A stretch of 32,000 nt of DNA, from positions 120,001 to 152,000 of the forward strand of contig NZ_WUUQ01000001.1 in NCBI RefSeq assembly GCF_009831105.1, read 5' to 3'. Origin of the DNA: Copranaerobaculum intestinale. GTDB taxonomy: Bacteria; Bacillota_I; Bacilli_A; Erysipelotrichales; Erysipelotrichaceae. Numbering within the stretch: the stretch's first letter is position 1; every line of letters starts with the position of its first letter. Below the pieces are notes generated by a model, which saw nothing but the letters and a program-made list of their open reading frames with translations, did no database searches and was not told the DNA's origin. This document shows positions 1-9,060 of this stretch, in pieces. The position numbers and the translations under genes were made by a program.

Positions 1-797
1 TGAAGCATAATAATCAGACCGGCACCGAAATTCAGGCCCTGTGTAACTGCCGCCATGAAGAAGTTTTCACCTTCTGCTACGGATGAAGGTACCGCTAAAC
101 CAACCACAACGAACATAATGAAGATAACGAAACCTCCGGTAATCGAAATTTCACGGAAGAAGGATAAACCCTTCGGCAGGTTTAAATCCTCGGTAGATTT
201 CTTTTTATTTCCCAGCTTGCCGGCAACGAATCCGGAAACTAACGACAGGCATCCAGTAGGATGACCCAAGGTAAATGATTCATCCCCGGTTACCGCAAAT
301 ACATATTTGCGCAGTGCCCATGGCATGATCGACCAATACAAAGCACTGGTGATTGCACCGAAGGCAATCAAAGGAATACCCTTCATACCGCCTTCAACGC
401 CGGCAGCGACGAAGATAAACGGGAACCACCAAAGCATATGACCGGTTAAGAAAATAGTCTTAATTGGCGTAAAGCGCGCAATCAATAAATGCAAAGCCAA
501 ACCGAAGAACATCGCAAGTCCGATGTCTCCGCCATATGATGCAGTGAAGGTGATATCATTCAGTCCCTCTGCCGCACCCGATCCTGCCAGCGTTTGGAAA
601 GCCGCGTTGATCGGGGAAATGGAACCGACCAGCATGCCGACACCGGCATTCAATATTACCATGCCGAAGGCAGCCATCAAAGCTCCTTTTACGATTTCTG
701 CAGTTCCCTTGCGCTGCAGGATCAAACCGATGGCTGCGATCAGTCCCAGCAGTACCGGTGGATTGCGAAATATATTGTTAATAATAAAATCCATCAT
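1..797 (-). CDS. PTS EIIC component, L-ascorbate (UlaA/SgaT) family. This is the N-terminal ~265 codons; the 3' end lies beyond the window start.
   Basis: Absent from the supplied ORF track because there is no stop inside the window. Hand translation of the minus strand from the ATG at 797 gives MMDFIINNIFRNPPVLLGLIAAIGLILQRKGTAEIVKGALMAAFGMVILNAGVGMLVGS...LTGHMLWWFPFIFVAAGVEGG..., open to position 1. It is a polytopic hydrophobic protein. AGGAGGA lies 9 nt upstream, and the gene starts 14 nt after the EIIB stop. Confidence 0.85.
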   Translation of the reverse strand, partial: MMDFIINNIFRNPPVLLGLIAAIGLILQRKGTAEIVKGALMAAFGMVILNAGVGMLVGSISPINAAFQTLAGSGAAEGLNDITFTASYGGDIGLAMFFGLALHLLIARFTPIKTIFLTGHMLWWFPFIFVAAGVEGGMKGIPLIAFGAITSALYWSIMPWALRKYVFAVTGDESFTLGHPTGCLSLVSGFVAGKLGNKKKSTEDLNLPKGLSFFREISITGGFVIFIMFVVVGLAVPSSVAEGENFFMAAVTQGLNFGAGLIIML

Positions 798-811
798 ACT
801 TTAATATCCTC

Positions 812-1087
812 CTATTTCTGTTCCTCTAAAAATTTTTGAACCGCTTCCTTCACTTCCGCCAGATCCATGTATTTTTTGATCGGATAAACCGGAATGTCGG
901 AGTTCTGCAGTTCTGCCTGCAGCTCTGCACTGGTGAAAATCGCATCACACTGCGCACCGTGAGCACTGCTGATATCTGTGTTTTCTACTTCTGCATCCAG
1001 ATTCAGCTCCCTGCAGACCTTTTCAATACTCATTCGCAGAATCATCGATGATCCGACGCCGAAACCGCACACTGCTAAAAATTTCAT
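812..1087 (-). CDS. PTS EIIB component (L-ascorbate/lactose-type small EIIB)
   Basis: The 91-aa ORF starts MKFLAVCGFGVGSSMILRM, with the phospho-Cys near the N-terminus typical of UlaB/SgaB-like EIIB. GGGAGGTGA RBS. Located immediately upstream of the EIIC gene. Confidence 0.85.
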   Translation of the reverse strand: MKFLAVCGFGVGSSMILRMSIEKVCRELNLDAEVENTDISSAHGAQCDAIFTSAELQAELQNSDIPVYPIKKYMDLAEVKEAVQKFLEEQK

Positions 1088-1159
1088 TCCTTCACCTCCC
1101 TTTGGTTTGTATGTGAAATTCTTAATTTTCTTTATATAGATCAGGAAACTTCCTGAGAG

Positions 1160-3079
1160 CTACCCTTTATCCTGAATCAATTTCATGATGGCGGATATAT
1201 CACCGCTTTGAAATAGCTTCATATTCGCATCGTCATACAGAATTTCCGTCAAGGACGCCAATGCCTTCATGTGAGAAGAATTATCAATGGTCGCCAGCAC
1301 CATGAACAGTCTTACCGGTTTTCCCAGCAGGTCAACCGGTTCTTTCACAATCAGAAGTGACATCGAAAGTTCATGCACCCCGCTTGCAGCGGAGGCGTGC
1401 GGCAGCGCGAATTCATCCGCCAGTACGATATACGGACCGTGTTCCTCTACGCTTGCTATCATCTGATCAACATAGGTCTGTTCAATCGTTCCTTCTTCCA
1501 GCAGCGGTTTCGCCGCCAGCTCGATGGCACTTTTCCAATTATCTACATAATCCGCGGTTCGGATTCTTTTTTCATTCAGTAACTCTTTCAACATAGGCTG
1601 ATAATTCTCCTTTTCCTCTCGTTTATATAACAGTCGTTCTAAATCTTGCTTTAATTTATTTTCATCCACATCGGAAGCATGCTGCTTCACCAAATGCATA
1701 ATACTTTCTACATCGAAATGCACATTCATTGCGGATATATGAATCAGCTTGCTCATCAGCATGTCAATATCCAATCGCGTCAGAAGCGGATTCACGACCA
1801 GCACATTTTCATGATCCGGTATGGATATCGTCGAAACGATATAATCATATTGCGCTTGAAAGTCCGGCAGGTCCTTCAATGCGATGTTGCCGATAATCTG
1901 AATGGCTGGAATATAGTTATATAGCTGTATTTCCAAGGTCTTGGAAACCATCAAGCCATTCGGACACACCAGCAGCACCTTATTTTTGCGTCCGCAGCCG
2001 GTTTTACTGCCGCGCAGATAACCGCCGAAATACGCTGCCAGAAAACCGATCTCTTCCTCTCGTATTCCCTTAAAATCCGGAAACCGGGATTCATCTTCGA
2101 TCAGGTTCTTGATGATCTTAAACAATGAACCGTGATTGCGCTTGATCTCCTCCAAGGAAGGATTGGCGATCGGAAATCGAAATTTAATACGATAATAGGA
2201 TGACAGCAGATGCCGTTCAATGTTTTTCTTAAATTCTTCAGGGTTGTCGATACTGACTGCGGTCCGTGCTTCAAACTGCATCATCAACGTCTCAACGTAA
2301 TGCTTGATGCGCGATGCTTCCACCTGTGCATTCAAGGACGGCAGCGATGAGATGTAAGCCCCCAGATAAATTTGTTCCGCTTCCGGCATATCCGCAATCA
2401 AATTCTTGATAAAAGGATAATAGGGAAACTGCTGTACTTCATCTTTAAAAGGAAGCGGTGATATCCATTTACGACTGGAAAAGCGTTTCTTTAAGAAACT
2501 GCAGAACTGTGACAACGTAGCCAGTGAATAATCGGTGAGATTTAATCCGGCGGCTCGATCAAATGCCAAAACCTCTTTCTGCAGATGATTCAGCAGGTTG
2601 TTATCCTCTTGCATGAGCAGGATATACAGGCTTCGTATCTGCCACTCATCACCCGCTATTTCATAAGCAGGCCGGGTTTTCAATGCCAAACCCTGTTCAG
2701 CCAGATCCTTTTTAATTTCATCCAGCGTCTGAACGATCGTATTCTTACTGACATACATTTCATCCGCTAAGCTTTCGATTGTCAATTTGCGGTGTTGATT
2801 CAGAATTTGATACAAAATATACGGTTTACGGTTTTCCATTGCATTGTATCGTTCATCTGTATTGTTGAGAATATCCTGCAGAGAATGATAATTACCCACA
2901 TAACAGAAGCTGCGTTCAATATTTTTGATCTGACCGCAATTCCGGATATGGTAGTTGATGGATTCAATATCGTAATATAGCGTACGCTTTGATATGGAAA
3001 ACTCCTGAAGCAATTCCTCCAACCCAACTCGATTATGCTCGATGATATATTCTAATATCCGATTTTCTCTTTCTTTCAT
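1160..3079 (-). CDS. PRD-domain transcriptional regulator (BglG/LicR/MtlR class) with N-terminal HTH, PRDs, an EIIB-like domain and a C-terminal EIIA-2 domain
   Basis: 639-aa ORF. N-terminal winged-helix/HTH region (ISKRTLYYDIESI; VSKNTIVQTLDEI). EIIB-like segment KVLLVCPNGLMVSKT. C-terminal EIIA-2-like segment with FALPHASA. Located directly upstream of the PTS EIIB/EIIC genes. Confidence 0.85.
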   Translation of the reverse strand: MKERENRILEYIIEHNRVGLEELLQEFSISKRTLYYDIESINYHIRNCGQIKNIERSFCYVGNYHSLQDILNNTDERYNAMENRKPYILYQILNQHRKLTIESLADEMYVSKNTIVQTLDEIKKDLAEQGLALKTRPAYEIAGDEWQIRSLYILLMQEDNNLLNHLQKEVLAFDRAAGLNLTDYSLATLSQFCSFLKKRFSSRKWISPLPFKDEVQQFPYYPFIKNLIADMPEAEQIYLGAYISSLPSLNAQVEASRIKHYVETLMMQFEARTAVSIDNPEEFKKNIERHLLSSYYRIKFRFPIANPSLEEIKRNHGSLFKIIKNLIEDESRFPDFKGIREEEIGFLAAYFGGYLRGSKTGCGRKNKVLLVCPNGLMVSKTLEIQLYNYIPAIQIIGNIALKDLPDFQAQYDYIVSTISIPDHENVLVVNPLLTRLDIDMLMSKLIHISAMNVHFDVESIMHLVKQHASDVDENKLKQDLERLLYKREEKENYQPMLKELLNEKRIRTADYVDNWKSAIELAAKPLLEEGTIEQTYVDQMIASVEEHGPYIVLADEFALPHASAASGVHELSMSLLIVKEPVDLLGKPVRLFMVLATIDNSSHMKALASLTEILYDDANMKLFQSGDISAIMKLIQDKG

Positions 3080-3224
3080 TCAACCCTCCGCTGATTTCAT
3101 TATTCATCAGATTTCGACTGTCCTCAATACCAAATGCTTGCACAGTGATTGCACATTATTTTATCACAGCTGCTCTCTTTTATTTTACAGATACTGTCGA
3201 ATTCAAACGACATTCATCCTGCAT

Positions 3225-3252
3225 AAAAAAAGCGATCATTTTCAGATCGCTT
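3225..3252 (-). terminator. Rho-independent terminator of the PAS-GGDEF-EAL gene; its 5' arm overlaps the stop codon
   Basis: The minus strand reads AAGCGATC-TGAAAAT-GATCGCTT followed by TTTTTTT. Confidence 0.8.
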
Positions 3253-5338
3253 TCGGTTCAGAACAGTTTCCATAAACAAGCTCATTAAAGTCATCAGGCG
3301 GCACCGGCTTTGAAAACACATATCCTTGAATCAAGTCACAGGATGTACGATAAAGGAACTCTTTTTGTTCGTCGGTTTCAATTCCTTCCGCAATGCTTAC
3401 CATCTCCAGTGCTTTGGACATATCTAAAATATTCTCTACGATGATATTTTCCTTCGTATTATTCATCTGCTCAGCAGTAAAGAAGGACTTATCCAGCTTA
3501 ATTGCGTCAACATCCAGATCCTTTAATGTGCTCAAGGTGGAATATCCGCTTCCAAAGTCATCCAAAGAGCAGCTGAATCCGGCATCGTGGATACGCTGAA
3601 CGATTTTTGCGAATGCTTCAGGACTTTCAAATACCATGGTTTCCGTTAATTCAATTTCAAGATACTGTTTGGGTATTTCATATTTTTCACTTGTACGCAC
3701 ATAAAAATCCATGAAGCCCGGACTTGAAAAATGTCTTCGTGACATATTAACTGATACCTTGACAGGCTCCCAGCCCGCACTGATCCAGCTCTTGATCAAT
3801 TTGCATACTTCTTCAAAAACAAAGTAATCAATCTGTACAATAAAGCCGTTTGCTTCAAATAATGGGATGAACGTATCCGGCGGCTGGACTCCCTGTTTGG
3901 GATCATCCCAGCGAATCAGCGCTTCGGCACCGGTAAAAGCCTGTTTTTTGATAGAAAACTTCGGCTGAAGATAAATCTTGAATTCTTGATTTTTCAGTGC
4001 ATCCTGCATACGGTTTTCCAGCTTTTTATCATAGAGCATTTTCTGAAACACCGAATCTGTATAATAGTTCAGCGTATAGTATTCATTTATTTTCGTCTCT
4101 GCCGATTTTCTTGCGGCATGAGCACGGTCTTCACAATACGTGATCGGCATGTGCGGATCGGCAATACGATATACGCCGATCGTAAAGGTCAGATAATACT
4201 TGTATTCAGAATCTCGGTTATAACTATTTACATCCTCTATCATTTTCTGAATACGCGCTTCCATCGATTCATTGTTCTTCATGAGAATCACAAAATTATC
4301 GGAATAAATGCGTGCGGTAAATTCATTCTTCTCAAGATGTTTTCTGATCGCATTATGAATATACACAAGCGTGGCATCTCCCAAATCCGCGCCAGCCGTA
4401 TCGTTGATCGCTTTAAATTTCTGTAAATTCAGCCACAGCATACAATAGCTTCCTTCCGGAGCGCCGCTTACACACTCAGCCGCATCCTGTTCAAACTTAC
4501 GGCGATTGTATCCGCCCGTAAGCTCATCGGAATATGCAAGTGTATGAAGCATTTGATTGTATTCCTCCAATTGCTGCTGCTGCGCCTTAAGCTCGGTGAT
4601 ATCATTGTAGATCAGCATATAGATCGGATCCTCCCCAATCCAGTAGATACATTGTGCATTCACCGTAAAATATGTGGTTTTACCCTCCTGATCAATCGGC
4701 GAAATCATAAAGGAACAGCTTTGTCCTCGGCGAAACGCAGGATACATATCAACAAGGGAATCCAATCCTGCATGTTTTTGAATCTCATCCTTATGAAAAG
4801 ACAGAGGCTGTTTAAAAAAAGCATAATAATTGCGGTTTCCTTCTAAAAATTCATAACCATCTGCCGTTACTCGATATTTTGATACAAGTCCCGGCATTGT
4901 ATCCTGAACCGCATCTCTTTCGATTTTTGTCTGCATTGAATCGGTGATATCCATCATAATGGAATAAGAGATCTGACATCCTTCTACATATTCATCAATA
5001 AAAATACCAATCAAGCGGATCCACAGCTTTTGACCATTTCGATGCTTCATCTGCATAATACAGTCATAGCGATTGCGGCCGGATTGGATCGCATCCATCA
5101 CGTATTCATTTAACTTTTTCCATTCTTCGGGGCTGTCTTTAAAAAACAGATCAGGGCGATTTTCATACAATGCCTCATATTCTGTCTTTGTATATCCAAA
5201 CAACTCATAATAACGGCTATTCGCCGCCACAAGGGTAAAATGTTCATCCAGCATATGCTTGCTGATACTGGCATTTAAGGATGTCATCAGATAATGATAT
5301 TCTAAATCTTTTGATAATTCCGCAGCTTTCTTATTCAT
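3242..5338 (-). CDS. PAS-GGDEF-EAL signalling protein. The GGDEF motif is degenerate and EAL is intact, so it is a probable c-di-GMP phosphodiesterase.
   Basis: 698-aa ORF. The N-terminal ~270 aa are PAS-like, with a QQQQLEEYNQML linker. The GGDEF fold starts at DELTGGYNRRKFE, but the signature reads RIYSDNFVIL. EAL-domain residues are present: GAEALIRW, VNMS, EIELTE, DDFGSGYS, KLDKSF, AEGIET, QGY. Confidence 0.85.
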   Translation of the reverse strand: MNKKAAELSKDLEYHYLMTSLNASISKHMLDEHFTLVAANSRYYELFGYTKTEYEALYENRPDLFFKDSPEEWKKLNEYVMDAIQSGRNRYDCIMQMKHRNGQKLWIRLIGIFIDEYVEGCQISYSIMMDITDSMQTKIERDAVQDTMPGLVSKYRVTADGYEFLEGNRNYYAFFKQPLSFHKDEIQKHAGLDSLVDMYPAFRRGQSCSFMISPIDQEGKTTYFTVNAQCIYWIGEDPIYMLIYNDITELKAQQQQLEEYNQMLHTLAYSDELTGGYNRRKFEQDAAECVSGAPEGSYCMLWLNLQKFKAINDTAGADLGDATLVYIHNAIRKHLEKNEFTARIYSDNFVILMKNNESMEARIQKMIEDVNSYNRDSEYKYYLTFTIGVYRIADPHMPITYCEDRAHAARKSAETKINEYYTLNYYTDSVFQKMLYDKKLENRMQDALKNQEFKIYLQPKFSIKKQAFTGAEALIRWDDPKQGVQPPDTFIPLFEANGFIVQIDYFVFEEVCKLIKSWISAGWEPVKVSVNMSRRHFSSPGFMDFYVRTSEKYEIPKQYLEIELTETMVFESPEAFAKIVQRIHDAGFSCSLDDFGSGYSTLSTLKDLDVDAIKLDKSFFTAEQMNNTKENIIVENILDMSKALEMVSIAEGIETDEQKEFLYRTSCDLIQGYVFSKPVPPDDFNELVYGNCSEPKAI

Positions 5339-5447
5339 GAGATAGTGCCTCCAAGGTTAAACCATTATCTTTATTATAAAACTTTTTATAAAAAACAAAA
5401 CCTTTTCTGTTTTTTATGAAAATCAAAACAGCAGGCTTGGTATTTTT

Positions 5448-6089
5448 TTATAAGTCTTCCTTGGTCGTAATTTTGCGATTTTCATAGCTTCCCAAAACCG
5501 CATAGATCGGCTCATCACTGCAAAGCTCCACCACCTGAGCATCATCGGTAACCGAATAGCCAGAGGCCATGCATGTGCGATAACAGGACAGTAAAAACGC
5601 CGTATCGAACGCCTGTGGGGTTTGTGCCTGCATGAGCGTGCTGCGAACGTGTGTTTTCACAATTTTACCGTCAATCACTTCCTTGATCGTATCTTTTACC
5701 GGAGTCATCAAAAGGCATGCCCGACATTCTGCTTTTTTCGCCAGCAGCGCATCCAAAGAATCCTTAGACAGCCATGGCCGTGCCCCGTCATGAATTAATA
5801 CCGTATCCTGTTCAACCGCAGACAGACCATTGTATACACTGTCAGAGCGCTTTTCCCCGCCATAGACAAGCTGCACCCGATCCTTTAACATCGGCCGCAT
5901 GATTTCCTCATCCTGTTCGCTGATTACCACAACAATCTGTCTGCATCGTTCATCCTTTTCAAATATCTGAATCGTACGTTCAATGATCGTCTCATCATTA
6001 TCAAAACGAAACAGCAGCTTATTGTATCCCAATCCCATTCTTGAACCGCTCCCCGCGGCTACGATCAAAGCTGTATAGTCCATAATCAT
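5448..6089 (-). CDS. ispD: 2-C-methyl-D-erythritol 4-phosphate cytidylyltransferase (IspD family; a TarI-type ribitol-5-P cytidylyltransferase cannot be excluded)
   Basis: 213-aa ORF with N-terminal LIVAAGSGSRMG nucleotide-binding motif and IHDGARP. AAGGAG RBS. The clpC-like ... ispD order mirrors B. subtilis synteny. Confidence 0.75.
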   Translation of the reverse strand: MIMDYTALIVAAGSGSRMGLGYNKLLFRFDNDETIIERTIQIFEKDERCRQIVVVISEQDEEIMRPMLKDRVQLVYGGEKRSDSVYNGLSAVEQDTVLIHDGARPWLSKDSLDALLAKKAECRACLLMTPVKDTIKEVIDGKIVKTHVRSTLMQAQTPQAFDTAFLLSCYRTCMASGYSVTDDAQVVELCSDEPIYAVLGSYENRKITTKEDL

Positions 6090-6121
6090 TACCTCTCCTT
6101 ACCGGTTAATCATTATCCTCA

Positions 6122-6146
6122 TAAAAAAAGATACCTTGCGGTATCA
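6122..6146 (-). terminator. Rho-independent terminator after the 141-aa membrane-protein gene
   Basis: The minus strand reads GATACC-GCAA-GGTATC followed by TTTTTTT. The stop codon overlaps the 5' arm. Confidence 0.75.
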
Positions 6147-6569
6147 ATTAACTTCATCCTGCTTTGTGCTGATCCGCTTTTTCAACTCTTTGATGAACCC
6201 GATCTCATCCATCGGCGCTACGTAGATCGCTTTGCTTTCCGCATATTCCAAACGCAGCGGATGAAGGGAGGCCGTCGAGGATAAAACAAACAATCTTGTT
6301 TCCTTCTCAATGTGATGGATACATTCATAGAATATCTTCTGACGGGAGAAAATGGAAAAACGCAGTTCCAGATAAGTGTCCTGAAATGTATACTCATTCG
6401 ACACAAATACACTTAACATCAGCAGCAGTACAAACAGTTCAAATACAAAGGTTGCCCAATAGAACCATTCCATCATTCGGATCGCAACATTTCCCGCCTG
6501 GATACAGCAGGCAAAAATTGCCATCACCAATACATAGTACCACCACTCGATCTTTCCTCTAAATGTCAT
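6144..6569 (-). CDS. Hypothetical membrane protein: 2 N-terminal TM helices plus a soluble C-terminal domain (possibly bacterial PH-like)
   Basis: 141-aa ORF with GAGGTGG RBS. Hydrophobic segments are WWYYVLVMAIFACCIQAG and WATFVFELFVLLLMLSVFV. No catalytic motif recognised. Confidence 0.6.
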   Translation of the reverse strand: MTFRGKIEWWYYVLVMAIFACCIQAGNVAIRMMEWFYWATFVFELFVLLLMLSVFVSNEYTFQDTYLELRFSIFSRQKIFYECIHHIEKETRLFVLSSTASLHPLRLEYAESKAIYVAPMDEIGFIKELKKRISTKQDEVN

Positions 6570-6692
6570 ATTCCACCTCTTCTCCTATTATTCTATCACA
6601 GATTATCAACAGCGAAAGCCCTATTGTGGAACAGTCGTTATATTCTTCCGAAATGAACCACAATATATCAGAATTATGAAAAAAAATCAAGT

Positions 6693-6710
6693 GCAGACAA
6701 ACGTGTCTGC
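6693..6710 (-). terminator. Second hairpin downstream of the clpC-like terminator: a possible back-up terminator or the 3' end of a small transcript
   Basis: GCAGACA-AACG-TGTCTGC (7-bp stem). On the minus strand it is followed, after a 6-nt spacer (ACTTGA), by T8. Confidence 0.35.
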
Positions 6711-6806
6711 CCAATACGATAGGATTTAAAAATGATGATGAGTGAAAGGATAACCTTATGTGCGGTTTGCCTAAGGTGAAATATCAAACTTTTATGATAC
6801 ATACAG

Positions 6807-6831
6807 AAAAAAACATACCGATGTGGTATGT
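6807..6831 (-). terminator. Rho-independent terminator of the clpC-like gene
   Basis: The minus strand reads ACATACC-ACATC-GGTATGT followed by TTTTTTT, starting 1 nt after the stop codon. Confidence 0.8.
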
Positions 6832-8766
6832 TCAGCTGTGTACGATATGACTACGCAGCTTACGGGCCGCTTCATCCAGTGTGGCAGAGGTTTGAATCAC
6901 CGCTGTGATTGCGGCTTCATCCACTTCCTTATGCCATACATGTAGCATCTTTTTCATAATGGAATATTTATCCTCATCCTGCAAGTCTTTAAAATCATAT
7001 ACTTCATCAAAAACCTCCATAAACTCCTCACCCAGTGCTTTTTTAATCTGCTTCATCAAGTCCTGCCGGTCGTTGAAGCGAAGACTGACAGTGCTTTCCA
7101 GTTTAAAGTCACCGCTCATGATCACGATGCAGTGACGCAGATCGATCTTCTGCATGTCCTGTTCCATATACCCCCGGGTAATCGATTGCTTTAGAAACTG
7201 CAGATACTTTGGCTGCGCCGCATGTAAATTGGATACATACAGCACCGCATAGGGATTTCTGTGAATTTTTGTAATTGCCGAATTCAGCGTAGCTTCCGGA
7301 GCCGCCATATCGATTTCAATCAAGTCCTCTTGGTTGAAGTAGGCCCGATTGAAGGCTTCCACCGCGGTATGCTTACCAACCCCTGAGCTGCCCAGAAACA
7401 GCCATACACCAAGCGGACGATTGGAGATAACACCCTGTTCAATCCACGATACCTGACGCATGATCTTATTCACAACTTCCTCTTGACCGATGATGCGTTC
7501 TTTTAAGGATGCCTTTAGGTACGCGACCCGATCCTTGGAAGCAATCGGAATATCAATCAGCTGTTCGATGACATCACGGATCACCAGTTCGTTCACCTCC
7601 GAAAGCTTCTGTCTTTTTGCCCGCACACAAGCAAGATCAAGCACATCAATCGCCTTATCGGGAAACTTTCGGTTCGGCATAAAATAATCACAGTATTCGA
7701 CAATTTCATCAAGAATGGATTCACGTATATCCACATGATGATATTCCTTGTATTCCTTCATTTTTGCCAGCAGCATATCCTTGGTTGCCCGTTTATCCGG
7801 CTCCTTAACCTGAATGATCTGAAAGCGGCGTTCCAAAGCCCGATCCTTAGCGATATATTTCTCATATTCATCAAAGGTCGTCGCACCAATACAGCGAATA
7901 TCACCGCGGGCCAGATATGGCTTCAGCACTGATGACACATCGATAGATCCCTCTGATTTTCCCGCTCCGATCATCTGATGGATTTCATCGATAAACAGGA
8001 TTACCTCGGGATATTTTTGAAGTGACTTGATGAGATTTTGGAGCTTCTCCTCAAAATCCCCGCGATATTTCGTTCCGGCGACCAAGGTATTGAGATGCAG
8101 TTCATAAATGACAGCGTTTTTCAGCGTTTCCGGCACCTCCCGATCGGCAATCAAACAGGCTAATTTTTCTACCAGTGCTGTCTTGCCTACTCCGGGATCC
8201 CCAATTAGCATCGGATTTGCCTTGTCCTTACGTGAAAGCACCGAAATCATCAGATCGATCTCTTTATCGCGCCCCACAATGTCCCGGTTGTTTCTTAATG
8301 CATTCAAGTTACGCAGCTCTTCAATCTTATCCAGTTCGCTCATATTGCCGCAGGAAAATTCCCGCAGCAGCATATTCACCTGCAGATCATAGCGGTTCAA
8401 TATTTCTGTTGCCACACAGCTTTCAGTTTGCAGCATCGCCAGTGTCAGCGTATCCGCATCAATGCTTTTTCCTTTACGGCTTTGCACCATCAGCTGACTG
8501 CGCTCCAGGATATCATCAACTACCTGGGTAATTGAAATCTCCTGTACTTCCTTATCCTTTAAACCGAATAAAATCATCAGATCATCTTTTACCTGAAAAT
8601 AAAAAACGCCCTGTGCTGCCAGAACCTTAGAGAATGTCGTTGTTGTATCCTTCATCAACGACAGCAGCAAATGCTCACTGCCGATATAATTATTGCCCAT
8701 GTCCTTTGCTTCCTGCCGTGCATCTTTCATGATTGCCGCAACCTGTTTATTAAAACGTATATTCAT
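6832..8766 (-). CDS. ClpC-like AAA+ ATPase: Clp_N domain, intact D1 ring, no M-domain, degenerate D2 ring
   Basis: 644-aa ORF. The Clp_N repeat resembles ClpC ([10 protein letters not shown]). D1 has Walker A GDPGVGKT and Walker B ILFIDEIH. The D1-D2 junction runs [22 protein letters not shown]...IIGQEE with no long coiled-coil insert. The D2 Walker A reads GSSGVGKH, and the Walker B position reads AVLYVSNLH instead of hhhhDE. Confidence 0.8.
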   Translation of the reverse strand: MNIRFNKQVAAIMKDARQEAKDMGNNYIGSEHLLLSLMKDTTTTFSKVLAAQGVFYFQVKDDLMILFGLKDKEVQEISITQVVDDILERSQLMVQSRKGKSIDADTLTLAMLQTESCVATEILNRYDLQVNMLLREFSCGNMSELDKIEELRNLNALRNNRDIVGRDKEIDLMISVLSRKDKANPMLIGDPGVGKTALVEKLACLIADREVPETLKNAVIYELHLNTLVAGTKYRGDFEEKLQNLIKSLQKYPEVILFIDEIHQMIGAGKSEGSIDVSSVLKPYLARGDIRCIGATTFDEYEKYIAKDRALERRFQIIQVKEPDKRATKDMLLAKMKEYKEYHHVDIRESILDEIVEYCDYFMPNRKFPDKAIDVLDLACVRAKRQKLSEVNELVIRDVIEQLIDIPIASKDRVAYLKASLKERIIGQEEVVNKIMRQVSWIEQGVISNRPLGVWLFLGSSGVGKHTAVEAFNRAYFNQEDLIEIDMAAPEATLNSAITKIHRNPYAVLYVSNLHAAQPKYLQFLKQSITRGYMEQDMQKIDLRHCIVIMSGDFKLESTVSLRFNDRQDLMKQIKKALGEEFMEVFDEVYDFKDLQDEDKYSIMKKMLHVWHKEVDEAAITAVIQTSATLDEAARKLRSHIVHS

Positions 8767-9008
8767 AAAGTGTCACCATCCTCGCACTTCTATCTTATGT
8801 CTGAATGTGCCTGCATTTGTTAGTATATCCAGGTTATCGAAGGATATTTCAATTTTACTGATGAAAACCGGCAGTATGATTTCACCGCCTTGCAAAAACT
8901 GACTGAAATCAGATTTTATGTGTAAATATTCCTTTTTTCTTTCAGACTATAACGGTTTCTAAGGATATATATAAGGTTCTCAAAGAATTATTCTTTCATT
9001 TTCCTTCA

Positions 9009-9037
9009 TTGTTTTTCAATTTTATTCTGTGTATACT
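9009..9037 (+). promoter_or_regulatory. Candidate sigma-A promoter of the response-regulator/kinase operon
   Basis: TTGTTT-N17-TATACT, ending 24 nt before the ATG at 9061. Confidence 0.4.
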
Positions 9038-9060
9038 GTTAATAAATGTGAGGTGGTAGC

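Noticed and set aside
55-839. Plus-strand ORFs (55-264, 523-804, 594-839) at the left edge.
   Set aside because: They are antisense to a clear, uninterrupted PTS EIIC reading frame on the minus strand (1-797). Their products are low-complexity with no recognisable motifs.
3986-4426. Long antisense ORFs inside real genes. Examples are 3986-4426, 4544-4846, 8108-8531, 10037-10417, 18503-18852, 19164-19629, 20669-21028 and 26557-27031.
   Set aside because: Each lies fully within a well-supported CDS on the opposite strand, lacks an RBS and translates to compositionally odd sequence. I treat them as shadow ORFs.
8767-9060. I looked for a CtsR operator (tandem GGTCAAA-type heptads) and a BceR-type dyad in the divergent region between the clpC-like gene and the response-regulator gene.
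   Set aside because: Neither motif is present on either strand by eye. I found only an ordinary TTGTTT-N17-TATACT promoter and a short CTGA/TCAG hairpin.
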